A stretch of 64,000 nucleotides of DNA. Origin: a virus (Duplodnaviria > Caudoviricetes). The position numbers were made by a program, and so were the translations under genes. The notes under the pieces were generated by a model. The model was not told the DNA's origin, searched no databases, and saw only the letters and a program-made list of their open reading frames with translations. Position 1 is the first letter of the stretch; every line of letters starts with the position of its first letter. The stretch is from the IMG/VR virus record IMGVR_UViG_3300042881_004206; one strand, 5' to 3'. Positions 20,184-26,938 of this stretch are shown here, piece by piece.

Positions 20184-20512
20184 TGAATGGTCGCAGAAAC
20201 TTTGCAAAAGGCCTGGGTTTAGCAGGCCTTTTTTTGGCTGGTGTTGCAGGTTATAGAGAAGTTAAAGAAAGAATTGTTTATAAACAAGATGAACTTCCAA
20301 CATCAGAATTGGAAAAACAACTTGAAGGTAAACCAGTTCTTCAATTAAGTGCAACATACGGGGAATTAAAACCTCTGCCACCAAATTCATTTTATATTTC
20401 TGGTTATGAAAATTATGTTGAAGGTACAAAAAAAGAAGTTTCGGTAAATATTGTGCCTGGTCCTGATGGTAAACTGTACGTCAAAGAGAATGACACTTGG
20501 CGTAAAATTTGA
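20180..20512 (+). CDS. Hypothetical protein with twin-arginine-like N-terminus
   Basis: GRRNFAKGLGLAGLFLAGVAG N-terminus. Confidence 0.6.
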   Translation: MMNGRRNFAKGLGLAGLFLAGVAGYREVKERIVYKQDELPTSELEKQLEGKPVLQLSATYGELKPLPPNSFYISGYENYVEGTKKEVSVNIVPGPDGKLYVKENDTWRKI

Positions 20513-20544
20513 TATAATGTTTTTTTATACTATGGAGAATGTGA

Positions 20545-21483
20545 ATGAACGAACAACATGTGTTGTGGGTCGAGAAGTATCGCCCACAGAAAGTGGAAGA
20601 TTGTATTCTGCCTGATAATATCAAGGCAACTTTTCAAGAATATGTAAACAGAAAAGAAATTCCGAATCTTCTCCTTTCGGGAACAGCTGGTGTCGGCAAG
20701 ACAACCATTGCAAAAGCTCTGTGTAATGAGATTGGTTGTGATTATATTGTAATTAATGGTTCCGATGAGTCAGGAATCGATGTTCTTCGGAACAAGATTA
20801 AGAACTATGCATCTTCTGTTAGTTTATCTGGTGGTCGTAAGGTCATTATTATCGATGAGGCAGATTATCTAAATCCAAATTCAACTCAACCTGCACTTCG
20901 TGGTGCAATTGAGGAGTTCGCCTCCAACTGTTCGTTTATCTTCACCTGTAATTTTAAGAATAGAATTATTGATCCTATTCACTCTAGGTGTACAGTTATT
21001 GATTTTAAAGTAAACGGCAATAAAGCTAAACTAGCTACACAATTCTTTAAGCGTGTCGAATGGATTCTTGAAGAAGAAAATGTTCAGTATGAAAAAGAAG
21101 TTGTTGCTGCCGTCATCACGAAACATTTTCCCGACAATCGGCGAATTCTAAACGAACTGCAACGATACTCTGTTTCCGGTCGTATCGATAAAGGTATTCT
21201 AAGCTCAGTTAGTGATGTTCTAATTAATGAACTGATCAAATCACTAAAAGAAAAAGATTTTTCTTCTGCTCGTAAGTGGGCGACCAATAATCTAGATAAT
21301 GATCCTTCTCGGATTTTTCGCAAACTCTATGATAGCTTAAACGAATCTCTTAAACCCAATTCTATACCACAGTTGGTTTTGATTTTAGCTAAGTATCAAT
21401 ATCAAGCTGCGTTTGTCGCTGACCATGAAATTAATATGGTTGCTTGTCTCACAGAAATAATGGTAGATTGTGAGTTCAAATAA
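20545..21483 (+). CDS. gp44: Clamp loader large subunit
   Basis: LWVEKYRP, GTAGVGKTT, IIDEADYL and CSFIFTCN; ATGACA-17-TATAAT at 20490-20518. Confidence 0.97.
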   Translation: MNEQHVLWVEKYRPQKVEDCILPDNIKATFQEYVNRKEIPNLLLSGTAGVGKTTIAKALCNEIGCDYIVINGSDESGIDVLRNKIKNYASSVSLSGGRKVIIIDEADYLNPNSTQPALRGAIEEFASNCSFIFTCNFKNRIIDPIHSRCTVIDFKVNGNKAKLATQFFKRVEWILEEENVQYEKEVVAAVITKHFPDNRRILNELQRYSVSGRIDKGILSSVSDVLINELIKSLKEKDFSSARKWATNNLDNDPSRIFRKLYDSLNESLKPNSIPQLVLILAKYQYQAAFVADHEINMVACLTEIMVDCEFK

Positions 21484-21869
21484 TGCCAGATATTTTTAAA
21501 GAAATAATCCCATCTATTCTGGAAACCAAAAAATCTGTTATAAATGACGATATTGATGCAAAGTCTTATGCGCCTTATATAGTCAACCGGGCCTTGTCCT
21601 ATCACTTGGATTGCGTTGCTTTCGTAAATGAAATGAACATGTATCCAGAAATCGATAAAGACATGCAATATCAGTATTATCTAAATAGTATTAGATCAAT
21701 GAAACGGAAATTTAAACCGTGGCAGAAATCTAATAAAGTTGAGAATATTGAGTGTGTGAAAGCCTTTTTTGGTTATTCGGACAACAGAGCCAAGGAAGCC
21801 CTCCTTATTCTCACCGAAGAACAAATCGCTGAGATAAAAATAATAACAGATAAGGGCGGAATGAAATGA
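21483..21869 (+). CDS. gp62: Clamp loader small subunit
   Basis: YAPYIVNRALSYHLD and QYQYYLNSIRSMKRKFKPW; follows gp44. Confidence 0.9.
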   Translation: MPDIFKEIIPSILETKKSVINDDIDAKSYAPYIVNRALSYHLDCVAFVNEMNMYPEIDKDMQYQYYLNSIRSMKRKFKPWQKSNKVENIECVKAFFGYSDNRAKEALLILTEEQIAEIKIITDKGGMK

Positions 21870-22273
21870 TTAATGTAGAAGATTTAGTTGAAGTGACACT
21901 AAATGAACAGGATGATTTTCTAAAAGTACGAGAAACCTTAACACGGATTGGTGTTGCTTCCAAGAAAGAAAAAATTTTATACCAATCTTGCCACATCCTC
22001 CACAAAAGAGGGCAATATTACGTGGTGCATTTTAAGGAATTGTTTGCATTAGACGGAAAACCAACAGATATTACTGAAAGTGATCTTTCTCGCAGAAATG
22101 CAATTGTAAATTTATTGGAAGATTGGGGACTGGTAAAAATTGTCAAAAAAGAAAAGACACAAACACCAGAACCAATTTTTCTCTCACAGATTAAAATCAT
22201 TTCACATAAAGAGAAAAAAGATTGGCAATTAGTACCAAAATATAGTATTGGTAAAAAAGCACAAAAAGATTGA
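21866..22273 (+). CDS. regA: Translational repressor RegA
   Basis: DDFLKVRETLTRIGVAS, LYQSCHILHKRGQYYVVHFKELF. Confidence 0.96.
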   Translation: MINVEDLVEVTLNEQDDFLKVRETLTRIGVASKKEKILYQSCHILHKRGQYYVVHFKELFALDGKPTDITESDLSRRNAIVNLLEDWGLVKIVKKEKTQTPEPIFLSQIKIISHKEKKDWQLVPKYSIGKKAQKD

Positions 22274-22299
22274 CAAATTAATATAAATACTTATATAAT
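22270..22299 (+). promoter_or_regulatory. Nested sigma70 and late promoters for hsp20
   Basis: TTGACA (22270)-18 nt-TATAAT (22294), with TATAAATA at 22282-22289 in the spacer. Confidence 0.7.
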
Positions 22300-22303
22300 C
22301 CTA

Positions 22304-22410
22304 GTCCCATCGGGATGGGAGCAGCAGTCCGAGGTCAGGCTGCATATAAATTCCTCGGGCCAACGCCTTTTGGGTTGGCATTATTAACTCGCTTATTTAA
22401 GGAGATTTAA
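22304..22410 (+). promoter_or_regulatory. Structured 5' leader with ROSE-like thermometer hairpin
   Basis: Three hairpins, a possible pseudoknot, and CTCGCTT/AAGGAG pairing over the SD with a bulged G. Confidence 0.6.
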
Positions 22411-22854
22411 ATGACCTCTATTCATAATCTTTTCGATTTTCACAAGTTTGATCCTTTTGCTGTCGGATTCAATGATGTTTTCAAGGACCTACAAGAAATG
22501 TCCAAGAATCTAAAGGCAGTTAGTTATCCTCCATACAATATCAAACAAGTCAAAGAAAACAAGTATGTTATCGAAATGGCTGTTGCTGGTTTTAGCAAGT
22601 CTGATATTGAAATTACTTTGGAAGGTAATAAACTTATCGTTAAGGGTAATACTCAAGAAAATGAAACCGACGACAATTTCATTTTCAAAGGTATTGCAAA
22701 TCGTAATTTTTCCCGTGAATTCAAAATCAATGACAAGATTGAAATTGAAAATGCAGAATTGGCTAACGGTATGTTGAAGATTTGGTTGCAGAATATGATT
22801 AAGGCACAAGACCTAGTGAAAAAGATTCCTTTGGTTTCCAAAGAAGAAAAATAA
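22411..22854 (+). CDS. hsp20: Small heat-shock protein Hsp20 (IbpA-like)
   Basis: SYPPYNI, IEMAVAGF, KGIANRNFSREF and AELANGMLKI. Confidence 0.95.
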   Translation: MTSIHNLFDFHKFDPFAVGFNDVFKDLQEMSKNLKAVSYPPYNIKQVKENKYVIEMAVAGFSKSDIEITLEGNKLIVKGNTQENETDDNFIFKGIANRNFSREFKINDKIEIENAELANGMLKIWLQNMIKAQDLVKKIPLVSKEEK

Positions 22855-22881
22855 ATCGGTTATCTTTTAGGTAAATAACCG

Positions 22882-22920
22882 AAAGGGGCTCTTGACAGAG
22901 CCCTTTATTTTTTGTATAAT
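22882..22920 (+). terminator. Intrinsic terminator overlapping a sigma70 promoter
   Basis: GGGCTC-TTGACA-GAGCCC followed by T run; loop is the -35, with TATAAT 17 nt downstream. Confidence 0.75.
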
Positions 22921-22926
22921 ACTATG

Positions 22927-23112
22927 ATGAAAAAACAAAACATTACATTCCGTAAAGTTCGTCCTCGTAATGGTACAGACATTTACTACACCTCACCTTC
23001 TTGGGAAACCAAAGAGGTTGATGGTATAGTTTTTGTCTATGTGATTAAAAATCCTGCCGTGAGAGAAACACCTAAACTCATGCGCAAGGATTCTTTGGAG
23101 AATATTAAATGA
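22927..23112 (+). CDS. Hypothetical protein (possibly leaderless)
   Basis: ATG 7 nt after the -10 box (alternative ATG 22924); no SD. Confidence 0.5.
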   Translation: MKKQNITFRKVRPRNGTDIYYTSPSWETKEVDGIVFVYVIKNPAVRETPKLMRKDSLENIK

Positions 23113-23321
23113 TTTTGAATAAACTGAATGAACAGCTGGCCAATCGCAAAATTTTTGATCCATCAAATAGTGAACATTTAAAATTAGTTCGCATTTTTAT
23201 GCAAGAGAACGCATGGAAAAATACAAGTGCTATGGGCACATGTCCATTTCTACTGGAATGGCCATATTTGTCTGTTCCTGATATGATTAAAGATAAAATT
23301 GTTCGCAATCTTCTCGATTAA
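23109..23321 (+). CDS. Hypothetical protein
   Basis: 70-aa ORF overlapping upstream stop; CPFLLEWPYLSVPDMI. Confidence 0.55.
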   Translation: MILNKLNEQLANRKIFDPSNSEHLKLVRIFMQENAWKNTSAMGTCPFLLEWPYLSVPDMIKDKIVRNLLD

Positions 23322-23384
23322 TTTACAAACTATCGTTGTGATTAAAAAATACAATTAGACTTTCTTCATTAATAGTGTTATACT
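23319..23384 (+). promoter_or_regulatory. Sigma70 promoter with candidate OxyR-like operator
   Basis: TAGACT-17-TATACT; TAAT-N7-CTAT-N7-ATTA-N7-CAAT ends at the -35. Confidence 0.4.
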
Positions 23385-23429
23385 ATTATAAGTAATCATT
23401 GGAGTTACTTAACTTTTGAAAGGAAAATC

Positions 23430-23879
23430 ATGTCACTCACGATTAAAAACCTAGAAAGTGCATTGGCTGGAGAGTCAATGGCACATATCAAATATCGTTA
23501 TTTTGCAAAGATTGCTCGTGAAGAAGGATTCGAAGATGTTGCAAAACATTTTGAACATACAGCAGATCAAGAAATTAAACACGCTTGGGGTCATCTGGAG
23601 TTGTTGATTGGTAAACCTTCTACGAAAGAATGTCTTGAAAAAGCAATTGAAGGTGAAACATACGAATTTACGGAGATGTATCCTAAGTTTCATGCTGAAG
23701 CGGTTGCTGAGGGTGATCTAAAAAGTGCCGAAGAAGCAAAAGAACAATTATTCGAATCGCGCCGTCACGCCAAAGAATTCATTGAAATTTTAGAATTGGC
23801 GGAAAAGCGTTTTGCAGCACTCAAGAAAGTGGAAGAAAGACACGCCAATGCTTACAAAAATGTACTAGGAGGTCTATAA
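23430..23879 (+). CDS. rbr: Rubrerythrin (ferritin-like diiron domain)
   Basis: NLESALAGESMAHIKYRYFA, TADQEIKHA, AIEGETYEFTEMYP and VEERHA. Confidence 0.92.
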   Translation: MSLTIKNLESALAGESMAHIKYRYFAKIAREEGFEDVAKHFEHTADQEIKHAWGHLELLIGKPSTKECLEKAIEGETYEFTEMYPKFHAEAVAEGDLKSAEEAKEQLFESRRHAKEFIEILELAEKRFAALKKVEERHANAYKNVLGGL

Positions 23880-24019
23880 TGTCTGAACAAAAAGAAAGAA
23901 TCTATGTTTGTATTGTTTGTGGCCACACATTGTCTGAATCTGATTGGTTGAGTTTGCCTGACGAAGTTAATTGTCCAGAATGCGGCGTTTCAAAACAGGA
24001 TTATGTTTTGATGGAGTGA
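23879..24019 (+). CDS. Rubredoxin (46 aa; absent from supplied ORF track)
   Basis: Translated by hand: MSEQKERIYVCIVCGHTLSESDWLSLPDEVNCPECGVSKQDYVLME, with two CxxC motifs; TAATG coupling to rbr. Confidence 0.9.
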   Translation: MSEQKERIYVCIVCGHTLSESDWLSLPDEVNCPECGVSKQDYVLME

Positions 24020-24020
24020 T

Positions 24021-24449
24021 ATGAAACAAAAATTTCGTGATGCGTATATGAAAACGGCCGAGGTGTTTGCTGAACTATCCTCGGCTCGCAGACTTCATGT
24101 TGGTGCGATTATTGTTAAAGATGATCGCATCATTTCTATTGGTTATAACGGCATGCCATCTGGTTGGGATAATAATTGTGAAACAGAAGAATTTGGATTA
24201 CATGAAGGATATTATTTAAAAACAAAACCGGAGGTATTACATGCTGAAACTAATGCAATTGCTAAACTGGCAAAATCTAATGAATCTGGTAACCAGGCTA
24301 CTATGTTTATCACTCATTCCCCATGCTTGGAATGCGGTAAACTTATTTACCAAAGTGGTATTAACAGTGTTTATTATCGTAACTCTTATCGTAACGATGA
24401 TGGAATTAATTTCCTGGAGAAAGCAGGAGTGAAAGTAGAAAAACTGTAA
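24021..24449 (+). CDS. cd: dCMP deaminase
   Basis: IGYNGMPSG, VLHAETNAI and SPCLECGK zinc motifs. Confidence 0.93.
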   Translation: MKQKFRDAYMKTAEVFAELSSARRLHVGAIIVKDDRIISIGYNGMPSGWDNNCETEEFGLHEGYYLKTKPEVLHAETNAIAKLAKSNESGNQATMFITHSPCLECGKLIYQSGINSVYYRNSYRNDDGINFLEKAGVKVEKL

Positions 24450-24481
24450 GGCAATAAATATAATCTGGATGGGAGGATTTT

Positions 24482-24988
24482 ATGAGAATAAAGGTGTTCA
24501 ATTGTCCAGACAAAGAATTTAAACCTTATATTGAGGATGCAGCACTCTTTTATGCTCAGGAATTAATAACCAATACTAGAATTCGAAATAATTGTTACAC
24601 AACAATACGATTTGATGCTTCATTAAAAGAATATGGTTATGCTTCAATCGAAGAATATAATACTCAGAAGAATCCCAGACAATTTTTAATTGAAATACAT
24701 CCTGGTATAGGTGTAAAAAATATATTATCGACACTTGCTCATGAAATGGTTCATGTGAAACAATATATAAATGGTGAAACTGATGACAAACTATCTATTT
24801 GGAGAGGCAAAAAAATAAATTCCGATGAAGTTGATTATTGGGATCATCCATGGGAATTAGATGCACATGGTCGAGAAGTCGGTTTATTCTACAAATATAG
24901 TGTTAAAAATTGTTTGTGGGAAGTATTTGAAGAATTTAAAAATCCAAACTTACCTATAGTTTCTACACCTATTAAGTGGAAGAAATAA
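24482..24988 (+). CDS. Putative zinc metallopeptidase (HExxH)
   Basis: LAHEMVHVKQY and PWELDAH. Confidence 0.7.
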   Translation: MRIKVFNCPDKEFKPYIEDAALFYAQELITNTRIRNNCYTTIRFDASLKEYGYASIEEYNTQKNPRQFLIEIHPGIGVKNILSTLAHEMVHVKQYINGETDDKLSIWRGKKINSDEVDYWDHPWELDAHGREVGLFYKYSVKNCLWEVFEEFKNPNLPIVSTPIKWKK

Positions 24989-25009
24989 AAAATACCTATA
25001 TAATATACT

Positions 25010-25044
25010 AAAACCCCTAGTACCGAAAGGTCTAGGGGTTTTTT
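25010..25044 (+). terminator. Intrinsic (possibly bidirectional) terminator
   Basis: AAAA-CCCCTAG...CTAGGGG-TTTTTT with GAAA tetraloop. Confidence 0.85.
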
Positions 25045-25065
25045 GTTGTATTTTTACAACACCAG

Positions 25066-25094
25066 TTGACAACACACAAAACCCGTTGTATACT
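25066..25094 (+). promoter_or_regulatory. Sigma70 promoter of tRNA array
   Basis: TTGACA-17 nt-TATACT with TG extension. Confidence 0.75.
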
Positions 25095-25128
25095 GCGTTT
25101 TGTTCTTTAAAAATTTGTAGAGTCTTTT

Positions 25129-25218
25129 GGAAACGTGTCCGAGCGGTTTATGGAACTGGTCTTGAAAACCAGCGTGTCAGAAATGGCACCGTGAGTTCGA
25201 ATCTCACCGTTTCCGCCA
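25129..25218 (+). tRNA. tRNA-Ser(UGA)
   Basis: Cloverleaf; CTGGT-CT TGA AA-ACCAG; long V arm; CCA end. Confidence 0.93.
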
Positions 25219-25223
25219 TTAAA

Positions 25224-25315
25224 GGTGAGTTGGCTGAGTGGTCGAAAGCAGCAGTTTGCTAAACTGTCCTCCTCTTTAAACGGGAGCATAGGTTCGAATC
25301 CTATACTCACCGCCA
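25224..25315 (+). tRNA. tRNA-Ser(GCU)
   Basis: GCAGT-TT GCT AA-ACTGT; long V arm; CCA. Confidence 0.93.
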
Positions 25316-25322
25316 AATCATC

Positions 25323-25412
25323 CCCGCCATAGCTCATGGAGAGCAGGAGCGCTTATAACGCTTTCGTCCAGATAAGACCCAGGATGTGGTTCGATTCCAC
25401 ATGGCGGGACCA
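25323..25412 (+). tRNA. Atypical tRNA with UAU anticodon (Ile) and long variable region
   Basis: Acceptor CCCGCCA/TGGCGGG; GAGCG-CT TAT AA-CGCTT; 21-nt V region; TTCGATT T-loop; ACCA. Confidence 0.75.
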
Positions 25413-25418
25413 AACAAA

Positions 25419-25496
25419 GGGCCGGTAGCTCATGCTGGTTAGAGCAGTGGACTCATAATCCATTGGTGGTCAGTTCGACTCTGACCCGGCCTACCA
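25419..25496 (+). tRNA. tRNA-CAU (Ile2-like or Met)
   Basis: GTGGA-CT CAT AA-TCCAT; C4:G69 and C5:G68 pairs as in lysidine-modified Ile2 tRNAs. Confidence 0.85.
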
Positions 25497-25502
25497 AATT
25501 TT

Positions 25503-25578
25503 GTATGCGTGACCCGAACGGTTAGGGAGCGGATTGCAAATCCGTTTTATGCAGGTTCGATTCCTGTCGCATACTCCA
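25503..25578 (+). tRNA. tRNA-Cys(GCA)
   Basis: GCGGA-TT GCA AA-TCCGT; U73; CCA. Confidence 0.92.
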
Positions 25579-25581
25579 ATT

Positions 25582-25657
25582 GCTCGGTTCGTCTATCGGT
25601 TTAGGACGCTAGCCTTTCACGCTGGAAAGACGGGTTCGATTCCCGTACCGAGTGCCA
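25582..25657 (+). tRNA. tRNA-Glu(UUC)
   Basis: CT TTC AC loop; cloverleaf; CCA. Confidence 0.92.
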
Positions 25658-25659
25658 TT

Positions 25660-25773
25660 TGTTTTGCTGATTGTAAGCCATGGGCTTGATCATGCCCGAG
25701 TAACTGTGTACATAATTGCGGTAATTCTAGACTATCCCGCATGAGCACAGCAAATAGTGCAGTCAGCAAAACA
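25660..25773 (+). ncRNA. Unassigned structured RNA in tRNA array
   Basis: Closed by perfect 11-bp TGTTTTGCTGA/TCAGCAAAACA helix; internal stems; no tRNA signature. Confidence 0.65.
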
Positions 25774-25776
25774 AAT

Positions 25777-25852
25777 GGGACGTTAGCTCAGTTGGTAGAG
25801 CAGTAGACTTTTAATCTATTGGTCGTGGGTTCGAACCCCGCACGTCCTACCA
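25777..25852 (+). tRNA. tRNA-Lys(UUU)
   Basis: GTAGA-CT TTT AA-TCTAT; CCA. Confidence 0.94.
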
Positions 25853-25857
25853 AATAA

Positions 25858-25942
25858 GGAGAACGAGAAGCATTGGTGACTTCAGCAGACTGTAAATCTG
25901 TCGCCTCAGGCATACGGGGTTCGAATCCCTGGTTCTCCACCA
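25858..25942 (+). tRNA. tRNA-Tyr(GUA)
   Basis: GCAGA-CT GTA AA-TCTGT; long V arm; CCA. Confidence 0.92.
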
Positions 25943-25978
25943 TGGCCTCATTGAGGCCGCCATATATAATGGTTCAAT

Positions 25979-26053
25979 TCCCTAGTAGCTCAGCGGTAGA
26001 GCAGCAGACTGTTAATCTGTTGGTCCGTGGTTCGATCCCACGCTGGGGAGCCA
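25979..26053 (+). tRNA. tRNA-Asn(GUU)
   Basis: GCAGA-CT GTT AA-TCTGT; G73; CCA. Confidence 0.94.
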
Positions 26054-26060
26054 GTTTTTT

Positions 26061-26138
26061 CGGGGTGTAGCACAGCCTGGTTAGTGCGCCTGCTTTGGGA
26101 GCAGGAGGTCGTGAGTTCGAATCCCACCACCCCGACCA
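26061..26138 (+). tRNA. tRNA-Pro(UGG)
   Basis: CCTGC-TT TGG GA-GCAGG; CCA. Confidence 0.94.
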
Positions 26139-26147
26139 TATTAAAAA

Positions 26148-26221
26148 GCCCCTGTAGCATGAAGGTCGTGCAGTTGCCTTGTAAGCATCAGGTCCGTGTT
26201 CGATTCACGGTGGGGGCACCA
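26148..26221 (+). tRNA. tRNA-Thr(UGU)
   Basis: CT TGT AA loop; cloverleaf; CCA. Confidence 0.9.
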
Positions 26222-26227
26222 GACTTT

Positions 26228-26302
26228 GGGCTGCTAGTGATAATGGGAGCACGCCGCCTTTGCACGGCGGAGGTTGGAGTTCGATCCTCCAGCGGTCCAC
26301 CA
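26228..26302 (+). tRNA. tRNA-Ala(UGC)
   Basis: CCGCC-TT TGC AC-GGCGG; G3:U70 present; CCA. Confidence 0.93.
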
Positions 26303-26306
26303 AGAA

Positions 26307-26495
26307 CGTGCCGTTTCGTCAACGGCTAGTCTGACCCGGACGATGAGAAGGTAGATGACGTCTACAGGGTGGTTCTGGTCCTACCGAACCAGCGCTGGCA
26401 ATGCGAGAACGGGACCTGTTGGGAAGCGGGTGGAAGGTGCAAGTGATGGCCTGCAGGCTTGATGCACTATAATTACCGCCAGGGTCCGTCAGAGC
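26307..26495 (+). ncRNA. ~190-nt multi-stem structured RNA (candidate manA-RNA-like motif)
   Basis: GC-rich non-coding stretch between tRNAs with at least six stems and long-range TCTGAC/GTCAGA pairing; family assignment is tentative. Confidence 0.65.
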
Positions 26496-26499
26496 ATAT

Positions 26500-26575
26500 G
26501 GTGATATAGCTCAACTGGTAGAGCACCTCCTTCATACGGAGACGGTTGTAGGCTCGGATCCTACTATCACCACCA
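26500..26575 (+). tRNA. tRNA-Met(CAU), elongator type
   Basis: TT CAT AC loop; paired G1:C72; non-canonical T-loop CTCGGAT; CCA. Confidence 0.85.
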
Positions 26576-26583
26576 AATTTCAC

Positions 26584-26658
26584 ACCGACATAGCTCAGCG
26601 GTAGAGCAGCGTCTTGATAAGGCGTTGGTCGGTGGTTCAATCCCACCTGTCGGTACCA
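26584..26658 (+). tRNA. tRNA-Ile(GAU)
   Basis: GCGTC-TT GAT AA-GGCGT; CCA. Confidence 0.93.
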
Positions 26659-26682
26659 TCGATTAAATATAAGGAGAATAAT

Positions 26683-26859
26683 ATGTCGGATGGAGGTAAA
26701 GGTTCTTCACCGAGACCGTATAGTGTCTCACATGAAGAATTTTCAAAAAATTGGGACAATATCTTTAAGAAAGATAAAGAACCAAAAAACGAAGAAGTAG
26801 AAGATAAATTAACTAGAAACAATGAAGAAACTCAATATATAAAGAGTATATCTCGCTAG
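26683..26859 (+). CDS. Small hypothetical protein
   Basis: AAGGAG RBS; MSDGGKGSSPRPYSVSHEEFSKNWDNIF; stop lies inside tRNA-Trp 5' end. Confidence 0.65.
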   Translation: MSDGGKGSSPRPYSVSHEEFSKNWDNIFKKDKEPKNEEVEDKLTRNNEETQYIKSISR

Positions 26860-26923
26860 TGTAACGGCAGCATACCGGTCTCCAAAACCGTTGGTCGGGG
26901 TTCGAATCCCTGGCGAGGTGCCA
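26850..26923 (+). tRNA. tRNA-Trp(CCA)
   Basis: CT CCA AA loop; acceptor ATCTCGC/GCGAGGT; GCCA. Confidence 0.9.
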
Positions 26924-26938
26924 ATAGAAAGGTTTATT

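Noticed and set aside
24995-25009. Possible late promoter before the 25010 terminator
   Set aside because: Sequence is TATATAATAT, not TATAAATA
25724-25765. CTAGACTA resembling a group I intron P7 strand
   Set aside because: Element is only 114 nt, lacks the matching P7' and P3-P6 core, and interrupts no gene
25944-25972. Two tiny hairpins between tRNA-Tyr and tRNA-Asn (GGCCTC/GAGGCC; CCA/TGG)
   Set aside because: Too short to assign; could be a processing signal or tRNA remnant
25107-26329. ORFs 25107-25337(-), 25873-26070(+) and 26027-26329(+)
   Set aside because: They overlap clear tRNA cloverleaves; the open frames arise from GC-rich tRNA sequence
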